Positions 1 through 11,288 of a DNA stretch of 64,000 nt are shown here, in pieces. Position 1 is the first letter of the stretch. Each line of letters opens with the position of its first letter. Source of the DNA: Cyanobacteriota bacterium (GTDB taxonomy: Bacteria; Cyanobacteriota; Cyanobacteriia; Cyanobacteriales; Nostocaceae). The position numbers were made by a program, and so were the translations under genes. The notes below the pieces were generated by a model, which saw nothing but the letters and a program-made list of their open reading frames with translations, ran no database searches and was not told where the DNA came from. Where the stretch lies: contig JBJOKS010000018.1 of NCBI GenBank assembly GCA_046045965.1, positions 1 through 64,000 of the forward strand, given 5' to 3'.

Positions 1-113
1 TTTTGCTGGTTGTCATGGCTGCTCTCAATCGCTCAATTACTTGTCTAGATTGAGTTTCCCATGTTTTTGACCACTACAAATACCACCCTTGACAATTTCC
101 CTTTTTCCTTAAC

Positions 114-491
114 TTGTCACTAATGGTTGGTGATAGACTAGCTTACGATTTAGTGTTTGATATTGGGGGAAACTTAATTAAAATACAAGTCAAATACGCT
201 TGGTTTGATGAACCTTCTGGTAATTATGTGGTAGATAATCGCCGCCCGAAAACAAATAGACGGATAATGGTTAGAGATGTTTATCAGCTGTCAGACTTTG
301 ATTTTGCGTTGGTATATGTAGAAAACCTTGACCTTTTTTATATTTTTCCTGTGGATGTTTTTATTAGCTATGGAAGTGAAATACATCTTGTGGAGGCTGA
401 AAAAAGACAGCGCAAACCTCGTTCAGCAGAATATCGCAATGCTTGGGAATTAATCATAAACATCAAGCGTGAAACTAAGGAGATGGGGTAA
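114..491 (+). pseudogene. PD-(D/E)XK endonuclease of the group I intron-associated type (PDDEXK_5-like), probably N-terminally truncated
   Basis: GDRLAYDLVFDIGGNLIKIQVK nuclease core begins at residue 6. The N-terminal helix expected in this family is missing and the start codon is TTG. Confidence 0.55.
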
Positions 492-512
492 TGGGAAGAA
501 AATCAAGAATCA

Positions 513-550
513 CCCATTACCCATTACCCATTACCCATTACCCATTACCC
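513..550. repeat. STRR heptamer array (CCCATTA)n overlapping the stop of the HdrB-like gene
   Basis: About 5 tandem CCCATTA units. Confidence 0.9.
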
Positions 551-1446
551 AATTTTTCCAAAACTGGTTTTGTGGAAACAATGTGACGTTCTAAACCCAA
601 TTCTTTAGGACTAACACCTAAAGCCAAAGCAATTAATTGAGGTAAATGTAAAACAGGTAAACCTAACTTTTTACCAATGACCTTTTCTACCTCTGGTTGA
701 CGAGAATCTAAATTGAGGTGACACAAAGGACAAGGTGTAACAATACAATCAGCACCGCTTGAGATAGCGTCTTGAATGTGCATTCCTGCCATTTTAAAAG
801 ATTCGGTAGTAGCATAACTAGAAAGAGGCCAACCACAACATTGGGTGCGTCCACGATAATATATAGGAGTTGCCCCTACAGCCCGAAACACATTTTCCAT
901 TGCTTCTGGTTGAAATGGATCATCATAAGGCATAGATTTTTGAGCGCGGAGGAGATAACAACCATAAAAAGCTGCACATTTGAGGTTAGATAACTTGCGG
1001 GTGACACGTTGACTGATGTTCTCTAAACCGTAATCAGTGACTAAAGCGTAAAGTAGATGTTTAACTTCTGTACTACCCCGATAAGGAGAACAACCTTCTT
1101 TTTCTAGCAGCCCATTAACTTGATTAAGATAAATTGGGTTAGTTGTTTGGCATTCCTTGAGGCGTTCATCAACATGACCAATAACACCTTGACAAGTGCT
1201 GCAATGGGTGAGAAGAGGCAAATTTAATTCCTCTGCTAAAGCGATATTTCTGGCGTTAACGGTATCTTCCAACAATTGGGAATCTTCCTTAAACGTACCC
1301 GAACCGCAACAAGCAGCTTTTTTAAGTTCAATTAATTCAATACCCAGAGCTTTGGTAAGTGATTGAGTGGATAGATAAAGCTCTCGGCAGGCTCCTTGAG
1401 CAACACAACCGGGGTAGTAAGCGTATTTTAGGGTTTGAGATAGCAT
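538..1446 (-). CDS. hdrB: Heterodisulfide reductase subunit B-like CCG-domain protein (SdhE-type membrane anchor in cyanobacteria)
   Basis: Two CCG domains: YYPGC...CCGSG...CSTC and FYGC...CCGWP...CPLC. Confidence 0.85.
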   Translation of the reverse strand: MLSQTLKYAYYPGCVAQGACRELYLSTQSLTKALGIELIELKKAACCGSGTFKEDSQLLEDTVNARNIALAEELNLPLLTHCSTCQGVIGHVDERLKECQTTNPIYLNQVNGLLEKEGCSPYRGSTEVKHLLYALVTDYGLENISQRVTRKLSNLKCAAFYGCYLLRAQKSMPYDDPFQPEAMENVFRAVGATPIYYRGRTQCCGWPLSSYATTESFKMAGMHIQDAISSGADCIVTPCPLCHLNLDSRQPEVEKVIGKKLGLPVLHLPQLIALALGVSPKELGLERHIVSTKPVLEKLGNG

Positions 1447-1579
1447 AAAATTATATTTGAGTTAAAGGCGTGGTGAACGCCCTGGTACAAGAAATCCAAC
1501 AGTTTGATTATCACCCGTGAGTTTAGCTTGAAAAAGACAGAAAGCAGAAGACAGAAGTTGTTTAATTTTTAATTATTCT

Positions 1580-1635
1580 ATTCCCTGTTCCCTGTTCCCT
1601 GTTCCCTGTTCCCTGTTCCCTGTTCCCTGTTCCCT
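1580..1635. repeat. STRR heptamer array (TTCCCTG)n
   Basis: About 7-8 tandem units. Confidence 0.9.
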
Positions 1636-1742
1636 TTTTCTGATAACTGTACTCAGGATCACCCTTTCCGATAAGATGTATATGCTCAAAAAACATTGCC
1701 CATAAAGAGCAGATCATAGCAACTGGTTAAGGAATTTTATCT

Positions 1743-1994
1743 ATGAGCCAAGCTGACATTTTTGAAAGAGTAAAGAAAATCATCGTCGAACAACTAGACG
1801 CTGAAGCTGAAAAAGTTTTACCAAATGCCTCATTTACAGAGGATTTAGGGGCTGACTCCCTAGATATCGTGGAACTGGTAATGGCTTTGGAAGAAGAATT
1901 TGATCTGGAAATTCCCGATGAAGCCGCCGAAAAGATTTTAACGGTTCAAGAGGTAGTAGACTATATCAAGAGTAACGCTCCTGCATCTGCTTAA
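1743..1994 (+). CDS. acpP: Acyl carrier protein
   Basis: [20 protein letters not shown] phosphopantetheine motif; lies upstream of fabF. Confidence 0.98.
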   Translation: MSQADIFERVKKIIVEQLDAEAEKVLPNASFTEDLGADSLDIVELVMALEEEFDLEIPDEAAEKILTVQEVVDYIKSNAPASA

Positions 1995-2144
1995 GAGTGT
2001 TGAGGGACTGGGTATCAGAAACTGGGGAGCGAGAAATCCTAAATTTTGAACTGTTCCTAATTTTGATGCCAATTATCTTAAATCCCTCATCCCTAGTCTC
2101 CTTATTTTTCTAACTGCTGCTTTTTCGCCACCTTTAACTGAATC

Positions 2145-3392
2145 ATGACAGACTATAAACGTAAACGCGTTGTTGTAACTGGTGTTGGCGCGATTACACC
2201 TATTGGTAACACACCATCTGAATATTGGGAAGGATTGTTAAGCGGACGTAATGGTATAGACTACATCCAAGCTTTTGATGCGTCTAAACATGACTGCCGC
2301 ATTGCGGGGGAAGTGAAAAACTTTGATCCGCATGAATACATGGAGAAAAAAGAAGCCAAGCGCACAGATCGGTTTGCTCAATTTGCGATCGCAGCTTCTA
2401 AACAGGCTATATCAGACGCGCAATTAGTTATCAATGACCTCAACGCCGAACAAATAGGTGTCATGATCGGTTCAGGCGTTGGAGGAATTAAAGTATTAGA
2501 AGACCAGCAAACAGTCTACCTCAATCGGGGACCAGACCGCTGTAGTCCATTCATGATCCCGATGATGATTGCCAACATGGCAGCAGGATTAACAGCAATT
2601 CATACTGGTGCAAAAGGTCCAAATTCCTGTTCTGTTACAGCTTGCGCGGCTGGTTCTAACGCCATTGGTGATGCCTTTCGCTTAATTCAAAATGGATACG
2701 CCCAAGCAATGATTTGTGGCGGAGCGGAAGCAGCAGTAACACCATTGTCTGTAGCCGGATTTGCCGCAGCCAGGGCGCTTTCTACAAAAAATGACCCGTC
2801 CAAGGCTTGTCGTCCATTTGACAAAGATCGGGATGGCTTTGTTATGGGTGAAGGTTCAGGAATTTTAATTCTGGAAGAATTAGAACACGCTCTCAAGCGC
2901 GGCGCTCGGATTTATGCAGAAATGGTGGGCTATGGGATGACCTGTGACGCTTATCATATGACTTCTCCCGTCCCCGGAGGTTTAGGTGCAGCTAGAGCAA
3001 TGGAACTGGCACTCAAAGACGGTCAACTGACACCAGAAATGATTAGCTATATCAATGCTCATGGAACCAGCACCGCAGCTAATGATGTCACAGAAACCGC
3101 AGCCATTAAAAAGGCTTTGGGCGATTATGCTAAAAAGATCGCAATTAGTTCTACTAAATCCATGACAGGTCATCTGTTAGGTGGTTCAGGAGGAATAGAA
3201 GCAGTAGCTACAGTTTTGGCGATCGCCAATGACCAAATTCCCCCTACCATCCATTTGGATAACCCCGATCCAGGATGTGACTTAGATTATGTACCCCACA
3301 ATAGCCGCCCTCAAAAAGTAGAAGTAGCACTATCCAACTCCTTTGGATTTGGTGGTCATAATGTCACTTTGGCTTTTAAGAAGTACCACTAA
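2145..3392 (+). CDS. fabF: 3-oxoacyl-ACP synthase II
   Basis: RRVVVTG, TACAAG (Cys), NAHGTST, KSMTGHLLG, NSFGFGGHN. Confidence 0.97.
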   Translation: MTDYKRKRVVVTGVGAITPIGNTPSEYWEGLLSGRNGIDYIQAFDASKHDCRIAGEVKNFDPHEYMEKKEAKRTDRFAQFAIAASKQAISDAQLVINDLNAEQIGVMIGSGVGGIKVLEDQQTVYLNRGPDRCSPFMIPMMIANMAAGLTAIHTGAKGPNSCSVTACAAGSNAIGDAFRLIQNGYAQAMICGGAEAAVTPLSVAGFAAARALSTKNDPSKACRPFDKDRDGFVMGEGSGILILEELEHALKRGARIYAEMVGYGMTCDAYHMTSPVPGGLGAARAMELALKDGQLTPEMISYINAHGTSTAANDVTETAAIKKALGDYAKKIAISSTKSMTGHLLGGSGGIEAVATVLAIANDQIPPTIHLDNPDPGCDLDYVPHNSRPQKVEVALSNSFGFGGHNVTLAFKKYH

Positions 3393-3397
3393 CGGTA

Positions 3398-3490
3398 ATT
3401 GGGCATTGGGCATTGGGCATTGGTAAAAATCTTTCCCCCCCTGCTCCCCCTGCTCCCCCTGCTTCCCCTGCTCCTTGCTCCTTGCCTCCT
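3398..3490. repeat. Mixed STRR array: (TTGGGCA)n and (CTCCCCCTG)n
   Basis: Tandem 7-mers and 9-mers between fabF and tkt. Confidence 0.8.
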
Positions 3491-3713
3491 GAAGTAAACC
3501 TGTGGAGCGTATTATATATAATACCATTCCCAGCTGAACCAAGGGTTCGGCATGACCAAATTATTAGCTTTATTCATCACCAGAAACTCAGAAGATCCCG
3601 CTTGTCCATCGACCAGTAGGAATGGGATGATGAGAATGGTGGGATCGCTTTATAATGACCCCAGAAAGAGAAAGCTACAAAGAGTCCTAACCCGTCGTTA
3701 AAAACAAGAAATT

Positions 3714-5726
3714 ATGGCTGTTGCAACCCAATCCCTCGAAGAACTTTGTATTAACTCGATTCGCTTCTTGGCTGTTGATGCCATCGAAAAATCTAAATCG
3801 GGACACCCTGGACTGCCGATGGGCGCTGCTCCGATGGCTTTCGTCCTTTGGGATAAATTCATGCGGTATAACCCCAAAAATCCCAAATGGTTCAATCGCG
3901 ATCGCTTCGTCTTGTCTGCTGGTCACGGGTCTATGTTACAGTATGCCATGCTGTACCTGACAGGCTACGATAGCGTCGGTATTGAAGATATCAAGCAATT
4001 CCGTCAATGGGGAGCTAAAACTCCTGGACACCCAGAAAACTTTGTTACAGCTGGTGTAGAAGTAACCACTGGTCCTTTAGGTCAAGGTATTGCTAACGCA
4101 GTCGGTTTAGCCATAGCAGAAGCACACCTCGCCGCTAAGTTTAACAAACCCGATGCCAAAATTGTAGACCACTACACCTATGTAATTTTGGGTGATGGTT
4201 GTAACATGGAAGGAATTTCTGGTGAAGCGGCTTCTATCGCTGGACACTGGGGTTTAGGTAAACTGATCGCACTCTACGACGACAACCACATCTCCATTGA
4301 TGGTTCTACAGATGTGGCATTTACCGAAGATGTTTCTAAACGGTTTGAAGCTTACGGTTGGCACGTTCTCCACGTTCCAGACGGTAACACCGATTTAGGA
4401 GCAATCTCTAAAGCAATTGAAGCAGCAAAAGCTGTCACCGACAAACCCACCATGATCAAGGTGACAACCACCATCGGTTATGGTTCTCCCAACAAGCAAA
4501 ACACCGCTGGTATTCACGGTGCTGCATTGGGTCCAGAAGAAACAGCCGCAACCCGCAAACACTTAAATTGGGAATACGCACCTTTTGAAATTCCACAAGA
4601 TGTCCTCAACCATTTGGGTAAGGCTGTAGAACGTGGTGCAGCTTCCGAAGGTGAATGGAACAAGACCTTTGCTGACTATAAGGCTAAATATCCCGCTGAA
4701 GCCGCAGAATTTGAACGTTTCGTCAGCGGTAAACTGCCCGAAGGTTGGGACAAAGTTCTACCTACCTACACAGCAGAAGATAAAGCACAGCCCACCCGTA
4801 AACATTCAGAAATCTGTCTCAATAAGCTGGCAGCCGTGTTACCTGAACTCATCGGTGGTTCTGCTGACCTGACTCACTCCAACTTGACTGAACTCAAAGG
4901 TTTTGGCGACTTCCAGAAAGGACAATTCCAAAACCGAAATCTTCACTTTGGTGTCCGGGAACACGCTATGGGCGCAATTTGTAACGGTATCGCGTTGCAT
5001 GGTTCAGGCTTAATTCCCTATGGTGCGACATTCCTGATTTTTACCGATTATATGCGTGCTGCCATTCGTTTGGCTGCGCTTTCGGAAGCTGGCTCAATTT
5101 GGGTGATGACTCACGATTCTATTGGTCAAGGTGAAGATGGTCCTACTCACCAACCCATTGAAACTTTAGCTTCTTTGCGGGCAATTCCAGATTTGACTGT
5201 GATTCGTCCTGCGGACGGAAACGAAACCTCTGGTGCTTATAGCATAGCGATCGCCAAATCCAAAGCCAACGCTTCCACTCTCTTGGCTTTCACCCGTCAA
5301 AATGTCCCCAACTTAGCTGGTACATCTATTGAAGGTGTAGCTAAGGGTGCATACACAATCGTAGATTGTGCTGGTACACCAGATATCATCTTAATTGGTA
5401 CTGGTTCAGAAGTCAGCCTCTGTGTCACTGCTGCTGAGAAACTCACTGCGGAAGGTAAGAAAGTCCGCGTTGTTTCTATGCCTTCTTCTACCTTGTTTGA
5501 TACACAAGATGCAGCTTACAAAGAATCAATTCTACCTAAAGCAGTTACCAAGCGTCTTTCTGTAGAAGCAGCTAGTAGCTTTGGTTGGCATAAGTATATT
5601 GGGACTGAAGGTGATACCGTGAGTATTGATACCTTTGGTGCTTCCGCTCCCGGTGGTACTTGTTTAGAGAAGTTTGGCTTCACAGTTGAGAATGTGTTAA
5701 CTAAGGCTAAGGCATTATTGGGTTAA
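3714..5726 (+). CDS. tkt: Transketolase
   Basis: [20 protein letters not shown] motif, [16 protein letters not shown]. Confidence 0.98.
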   Translation: MAVATQSLEELCINSIRFLAVDAIEKSKSGHPGLPMGAAPMAFVLWDKFMRYNPKNPKWFNRDRFVLSAGHGSMLQYAMLYLTGYDSVGIEDIKQFRQWGAKTPGHPENFVTAGVEVTTGPLGQGIANAVGLAIAEAHLAAKFNKPDAKIVDHYTYVILGDGCNMEGISGEAASIAGHWGLGKLIALYDDNHISIDGSTDVAFTEDVSKRFEAYGWHVLHVPDGNTDLGAISKAIEAAKAVTDKPTMIKVTTTIGYGSPNKQNTAGIHGAALGPEETAATRKHLNWEYAPFEIPQDVLNHLGKAVERGAASEGEWNKTFADYKAKYPAEAAEFERFVSGKLPEGWDKVLPTYTAEDKAQPTRKHSEICLNKLAAVLPELIGGSADLTHSNLTELKGFGDFQKGQFQNRNLHFGVREHAMGAICNGIALHGSGLIPYGATFLIFTDYMRAAIRLAALSEAGSIWVMTHDSIGQGEDGPTHQPIETLASLRAIPDLTVIRPADGNETSGAYSIAIAKSKANASTLLAFTRQNVPNLAGTSIEGVAKGAYTIVDCAGTPDIILIGTGSEVSLCVTAAEKLTAEGKKVRVVSMPSSTLFDTQDAAYKESILPKAVTKRLSVEAASSFGWHKYIGTEGDTVSIDTFGASAPGGTCLEKFGFTVENVLTKAKALLG

Positions 5727-5765
5727 TTAGCAACAGAATATTGCTCGAAATAGTTTTGTTTTTTC

Positions 5766-5795
5766 AGGGTGGGATAAAAATCCTGCCCTTTTTTT
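5766..5795 (+). terminator. Intrinsic terminator of tkt
   Basis: AGGGTGGGAT-AAAA-ATCCTGCCCT stem followed by a T run. Confidence 0.8.
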
Positions 5796-5829
5796 GTAGC
5801 ATGATGGCATAATTCAATACCTATTAATC

Positions 5830-5966
5830 GTAAGAATTCAGGAGTCAGGAGTCAGGAGTCAGGAAGTATAGGTGGGAATGTTTGATAAATCAGTAGATGA
5901 TCAAATAGTGAGTTTGGGTAGTAGGTTTGGGAGTACCCTGGAAAAAGCTGACAGCTGAATGCTTAC
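5830..5966. mobile_element. MITE-like element, family A
   Basis: Ends GTAAGAATTCAG ... CTGAATGCTTAC (11/12 inverted match). Flanks TATTAATC / CATTAATC (8-bp duplication, 1 mismatch). Confidence 0.75.
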
Positions 5967-5988
5967 CATTAATCACTATTGTTTATAT

Positions 5989-6486
5989 TTAAATTGGCTC
6001 AAATTTAGCTATAGTATTAATAGTCCTTTGTAGACTTGGTGAAAATAATTTAGCCACTTCCATTTGCCAGTAGTTATTAACAAAGTAAATCATCTGTCCA
6101 TTATAGTCTCTACCTACCTTTGCCGTACTGTTAGACTGTGGAACTATAGCCTCACGCAATTCACGTTTTTTAGATTTCCTCGCAATATTAATCAATGTTT
6201 GTTTCGGATCACTAATTTCGTCTACGTTTTGAGGAATCAATTTTGGTAAAACTCCCAAGAATTTGGCAAAGCTTTCATGATCAGCTAAAAGCCATGCTTC
6301 TATTTCCTTGACAGCGATACGAAACAACAAATTAGGATGTTTTGGATATGGTAGCCATTCTTGAATTAGTTCCAGTGGACACTCTGCTCTATCGAGGTAT
6401 GTTAAAACTATATAAGGCGTTCCTTTTGCAGCATGATTAAATGTCACGCAGAAAGCGAAATACATCAAGAAAATTGGATTTACCAC
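5989..6486 (-). pseudogene. DUF4276-like (TOPRIM-related) protein, probably 5'-truncated
   Basis: VLTYLD (expected DLD) and KEIEAWLLAD motifs. The sequence before FNHAAKG looks non-homologous and there is no partner ATPase gene. Confidence 0.5.
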
Positions 6487-6670
6487 AAGCGTTAGAACCG
6501 ACTATAAAAACTCTGTCACCCAATCCAACATCTACTGATAAAAAATTACGCCAATTCTTGAGTATGATATGGGAAATAAACATTAGGAATACAGAGAAGA
6601 TGGGAAGAGACTAGTTAAAAATAGCAAACTGACTATCTCTGCATCTTATCATATTTTCCAGGGAGCAGCC

Positions 6671-9547
6671 ATGTTGGACTTTTTTAATAGCTTATTTTTG
6701 ACACCACTGTTTCTACCTCATGGAGACTGCTACCTGTGGAAACCAGAGTTGGTGTCTCTGCACATCATTTTAGATGGACTGATTGCATTCGCTTATTTCT
6801 CAATTGCCATAATGTTAGTTTACTTTATTAATAAGCGTCCCGATATCCCATTTAGAAGTATATTGGTCTTATTTGCAGCTTTGATTATTTCTGCGGGTAC
6901 AAACGAATTCATGGCAATATGGACAGTGTGGTATCCAAATTATGGGCTATCTGTTGTGATTAAAGCAATTACAGCCCTAATTTCCGGCTATACAACCCTA
7001 AAATTCATAAATTTTACACCTAAAGTTATAGCTATATTTAGTTCCCAATTAGAATTAAAACAAAGTGAATCAGCCCTGCGAAATTTATATGAAGCAGCAG
7101 CTCAAAATTTAGATTTTGAATCACGGATACAAGGATTTTTAAAATTGGGATGTCAAACATTTGGGATGGAATTTGGTTTTCTTGGTCATATTGATGAAAA
7201 TAAAAGTTATCACCTATTATTGGTTCAAACCCCAGATAATTCATTGCAACCAGGAGATACTTTTGATGTCCGACAGATGTATTGTAACGAAGTCATTGAT
7301 AAAGAAACACCTGTAACTATTACTCATGCTAGTGCTTCTGACTGGTCAAAGCATCCAGGCTATCAAACATTCCAGATGGAAGCCTACATTGGCATCAGAA
7401 TTATGATTGGGGGCCAATTGTATGGCGCTCTCAGTTTTTCTAGTCATAAACCCCGACAAAAACCATTTAAATTAGGAGAACAAGAGCTATTAATGCTAAT
7501 GGCACAATGGGTAGGTAGTGAAATTGCTCGTCAACAAGCAAAACAGCAAGCAGAAAGCGCCAATAAAGCTAAAAGCGAATTCTTGGCCATGATGAGCCAT
7601 GAAATTCGTACTCCCATGAATGCCGTTATTGGTATGACAGGATTATTATTAGACACAAACCTTGATATCCAACAACGTGATTTTGTGTCCACCATTCGCA
7701 GCAGCGGTGATGCTTTACTATCAATAATTAATGATATTCTAGATTTTTCCAAAATAGAATCTGACCAATTAGATTTAGAAGCACAACCTTTTAGTTTATC
7801 TAATTGTGTAGAAGAATCTTTGGATTTATTAGCTCCCCAAGCCGCAGAAAAGAAACTAGAACTAATTTATTTATTAACTCCTCAAACACCCAATATTATC
7901 ATCGGAGATATCACCCGGCTGCGACAAATTTTAGTGAATTTGTTGAGTAATGCGGTCAAATTTACCAACATTGGCGAAGTGATCATTACTGTCACCGCCA
8001 AACAATTGGCAACAACAACAGAGCCAACTTTCCCACTCTATGAAATCGAGTTTGCCATTAAAGATACAGGTATTGGCATTCCCCCAGAAAAAAAAGATCG
8101 ACTATTTAAATCTTTCAGTCAAGTTGATTCCTCTATGACACGCAAATATGGCGGCACAGGATTAGGCTTGGTTATCAGCAAACGATTAAGTGAAATGATG
8201 GGCGGAAGAATGTGGGTGGAAAGCCAGATAAATATAGGATCTACTTTTTATTTTACAATCACAATTCCAGCAGATCCTCACTCTGAACCAATCAACTTCA
8301 TCAATTCAGTCAATCTACTCAAGGGCAAACGGTTACTAATTCTAGAAAATCATCCGACTCATGGGCAATTTTTAACTATGCAAGCTGAGTCTTGGGGAAT
8401 GTTAGTACGTACAGTGAAATCTGCTGCTGAAGTATTATCATGTCTGCAAGAAGAACAATTTGACATTATAATTCTAGATACGCAATTTGTTGAAATAGAT
8501 AGTTTGGCATTAGCAAGAGAAATACGTCAACAACCAAATGCCCACACATTACCTTTGGTACTATTAAAAGATATCAACCAGTCCGAAGAACATCCAGATA
8601 CACCCAGAGAAGCAATAGCTTTCCTTAATAAACCCATCAAACAATCCCAACTTTATAACAGTTTACTAAATCTCATTAGTCAGCAACCTGTTATATTTAA
8701 CTGTGCGGAGAATAATGTTGTCCAAACCTATCCCTATTTAGGTGATCTACCAATGCGGATTTTGGTAGCAGAAGACCATCCTGTTAACCTGAAAATGGTA
8801 ACTTTAATATTGACCAAACTAGGTTTGAGAGCTGATGTAGCGGGTAACGGCATAGAAGTCTTATCTGCCTTACATCGTCAGTCCTATGATGTCATATTGA
8901 TGGATGTACAGATGCCAGAAATGGACGGGTTAGAAGCTACTAAACAAATTCGTATGTGGCATTGGGACGAACAACCACGAATTATTGCTATGACTGCCAA
9001 TGCAATGCAGGGTGACAAAGAAATTTGTCTTGAGGCAGGTATGGATGATTATATTAGTAAACCTATCCGATTGGAAGAACTGGTTAGGGTACTTAGCCAA
9101 TGTCCTCTAAAAGTCCAGAAAATTTCAGTTAAACAGCCTGATATTAACAGTAACTACCAAGAAGTAAAGCCAGTCGAAAAATTATCCTCACTCACTCCTG
9201 GTACTGCAATTGATCTTCGCATTCTGCAATCAATCAGGGATATGGCAGGTAAAGATGCTACTGTTTTCTTATCAGAAGTGATTAATATCTATCTAAAAGA
9301 ATCCGCAAAAATATTAGTAGCTATGAGCGTAGCAATCGAACAAATAGATACAAATGAAGTTAAACAAATGGCACACAAATTTAAGTCTAGTAGTGCCTCT
9401 GTGGGTGCTATACACTTATCTAATCTTTGCAAAAACATGGAAACTATCAGTCACTATGGAACCATAGACCAATGTCGCAAAATATTACAGCAGATAGAAA
9501 TTGAATATGAGAGAGTAAAGTTAGCTTTGCAGATAGAATGCTGTTAA
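6671..9547 (+). CDS. Hybrid histidine kinase: ETR1-like membrane domain, GAF, HisKA, HATPase, degenerate REC, REC, HPt
   Basis: [59 protein letters not shown]. Confidence 0.93.
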   Translation: MLDFFNSLFLTPLFLPHGDCYLWKPELVSLHIILDGLIAFAYFSIAIMLVYFINKRPDIPFRSILVLFAALIISAGTNEFMAIWTVWYPNYGLSVVIKAITALISGYTTLKFINFTPKVIAIFSSQLELKQSESALRNLYEAAAQNLDFESRIQGFLKLGCQTFGMEFGFLGHIDENKSYHLLLVQTPDNSLQPGDTFDVRQMYCNEVIDKETPVTITHASASDWSKHPGYQTFQMEAYIGIRIMIGGQLYGALSFSSHKPRQKPFKLGEQELLMLMAQWVGSEIARQQAKQQAESANKAKSEFLAMMSHEIRTPMNAVIGMTGLLLDTNLDIQQRDFVSTIRSSGDALLSIINDILDFSKIESDQLDLEAQPFSLSNCVEESLDLLAPQAAEKKLELIYLLTPQTPNIIIGDITRLRQILVNLLSNAVKFTNIGEVIITVTAKQLATTTEPTFPLYEIEFAIKDTGIGIPPEKKDRLFKSFSQVDSSMTRKYGGTGLGLVISKRLSEMMGGRMWVESQINIGSTFYFTITIPADPHSEPINFINSVNLLKGKRLLILENHPTHGQFLTMQAESWGMLVRTVKSAAEVLSCLQEEQFDIIILDTQFVEIDSLALAREIRQQPNAHTLPLVLLKDINQSEEHPDTPREAIAFLNKPIKQSQLYNSLLNLISQQPVIFNCAENNVVQTYPYLGDLPMRILVAEDHPVNLKMVTLILTKLGLRADVAGNGIEVLSALHRQSYDVILMDVQMPEMDGLEATKQIRMWHWDEQPRIIAMTANAMQGDKEICLEAGMDDYISKPIRLEELVRVLSQCPLKVQKISVKQPDINSNYQEVKPVEKLSSLTPGTAIDLRILQSIRDMAGKDATVFLSEVINIYLKESAKILVAMSVAIEQIDTNEVKQMAHKFKSSSASVGAIHLSNLCKNMETISHYGTIDQCRKILQQIEIEYERVKLALQIECC

Positions 9548-9550
9548 AAA

Positions 9551-9740
9551 GTAAGAATTCAGGAGTCAGGAGGGGCGAACGGCCGTTCGCCCGTACAGGA
9601 GTCAGAATGCTTATGAAATCAGGAATAGAGACAAGTGATATTTTCTAAAAATCATCATAACTTACTTGATAAGCCTTTATTCTCCTGACTTATATCATTT
9701 ACTTTAGCTGATTACTGATTACTGATAGCTGAATACTTAC
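9551..9740. mobile_element. MITE-like element, family A, with perfect 8-bp target-site duplication
   Basis: Ends GTAAGAATTCAG ... CTGAATACTTAC. GTTAAAAA at both 9543-9550 and 9741-9748. Confidence 0.85.
9571..9596. repeat. REP-like palindrome nested in the MITE
   Basis: Perfect 20-bp palindrome GGGCGAACGGCCGTTCGCCC (9573-9592). Confidence 0.8.
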
Positions 9741-9779
9741 GTTAAAAACATAGACATAATGGGGATGTGCTGAATTTGT

Positions 9780-11258
9780 ATGACTATTTCTTTACACACA
9801 AATCAACCATTGGTATTGGTCGTAGACGATGACCTAGTTATACAAATGCAGCTACGTCAAGCTATGCACAAAGAAGGGTACAAGGTGATAGCAGCTAGTG
9901 ATGGCAAGGAAGCCTTAGATATTTATATTAGTTCACATCCAGACATTATACTTTTAGATGCCATGATGCCAGTTATGGATGGTTTTACCTGCTGTGCTCA
10001 ATTACAAGCCCTAGCTACAGACAAATTTACAGATAACTTTAGCCAAACGCCTCCAATATTAATGATTACAGGACTGGATGACCCCAATTCAGTAGATAAA
10101 GCCTTTGCTGTGGGTGCAAGTGATTATATTACTAAACCAATTCATTGGGCAGTGTTGCGGCAAAGAGTTCGTCGTCTCTTGCAAATGAATTGGGCTGTGA
10201 AAGAATTACAGCAGAAGATAGAACAAGAACAACTTATTGCCAAAATTACTCATAAAATTCGGCAATCTTTAAACTTAGAGATAATTCTCAACACAACCGT
10301 AACTGAAGTACGTAAATTACTGCACACCGACCGGGTAATTGTTTATCGTTTTCAAGCAGACGGTAGCGGAATTGTATTAGTAGAATCAGTAAGTTCTGAA
10401 TGGAAACCTGCATTGGGAAAAGAACTTACTGATTGCTACTTTGTAGAGAAATGTGGAAGAGACTATCAAAAAGGTAATGTTTATATTATTAACGATATTT
10501 ATGCGGCTGATCTGCCTCAATGTCAAATTGATTTACTTGGTGAGTTGCAAGCCAAGGCTAATTTAGTTGTTCCCATTGTTCAAGGTAAAAATTTATGGGG
10601 ATTATTAGTTGCTTATCAATGTTCTGCACCCCGTAAATGGCAGCAATTGGAAATAGATTTGCTCCAAAAAATAGCCGATCAGCTAGTTATAGGTATTCGA
10701 CAAGCACATATATATCAACAATTAGAAGCGGCTAACCAAGAATTGCAAAGATTGGCAAATATAGATAGCTTAACTCAAATTGCCAACCGTCGCTGCTTTG
10801 ATGAAGTGTTATTTCAGGAATGGAAACGACTGCAAAGGGAAAAATTACCATTGTCTTTAATTTTATGTGATATTGATTTTTTCAAAAATTATAATGATAC
10901 TTATGGACATCCCGCTGGTGATGATTGCCTTAAACAAGTAGCCAATATTCTTGATCAAGCTATAAATCGTCCTGCTGATTTGGTAGCACGCTATGGTGGA
11001 GAAGAATTTGTATTAATTCTTCCCAATACAGATACTGAAGGAGCAGTTCACATAGTTGAGGAAATTAGATCCCAAATCACACTTGCTGCTATTGGTCATA
11101 TTAGTTCTCAAATTAGCCAATATGTTACCCTCAGCTTAGGGATTGCCACCTTGATTCCCCATGATCAAACTTCTCCTGAATCTTTAATTTCCCAAGCTGA
11201 TCAAGCTCTTTATCAGGCTAAACAATCAGGGCGTAATTGTTTTGTTATTGCCTCTTAA
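9780..11258 (+). CDS. Diguanylate cyclase, REC-GAF-GGDEF
   Basis: LLDAMMPVMDG receiver, phytochrome-type GAF (TDRVIVYRF), RPAD I-site and GGEEF. Confidence 0.93.
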   Translation: MTISLHTNQPLVLVVDDDLVIQMQLRQAMHKEGYKVIAASDGKEALDIYISSHPDIILLDAMMPVMDGFTCCAQLQALATDKFTDNFSQTPPILMITGLDDPNSVDKAFAVGASDYITKPIHWAVLRQRVRRLLQMNWAVKELQQKIEQEQLIAKITHKIRQSLNLEIILNTTVTEVRKLLHTDRVIVYRFQADGSGIVLVESVSSEWKPALGKELTDCYFVEKCGRDYQKGNVYIINDIYAADLPQCQIDLLGELQAKANLVVPIVQGKNLWGLLVAYQCSAPRKWQQLEIDLLQKIADQLVIGIRQAHIYQQLEAANQELQRLANIDSLTQIANRRCFDEVLFQEWKRLQREKLPLSLILCDIDFFKNYNDTYGHPAGDDCLKQVANILDQAINRPADLVARYGGEEFVLILPNTDTEGAVHIVEEIRSQITLAAIGHISSQISQYVTLSLGIATLIPHDQTSPESLISQADQALYQAKQSGRNCFVIAS

Positions 11259-11288
11259 AACTAATACAGTCTTCTGCCTTCTGTTATG

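Noticed and set aside
1..16. Start of a minus-strand gene (MTTSK...)
   Set aside because: Only five codons lie in the window, so it cannot be supported.
3330..3619. ORFs 3330-3542(-) and 3413-3619(+)
   Set aside because: Low-complexity peptides arising from STRR repeats.
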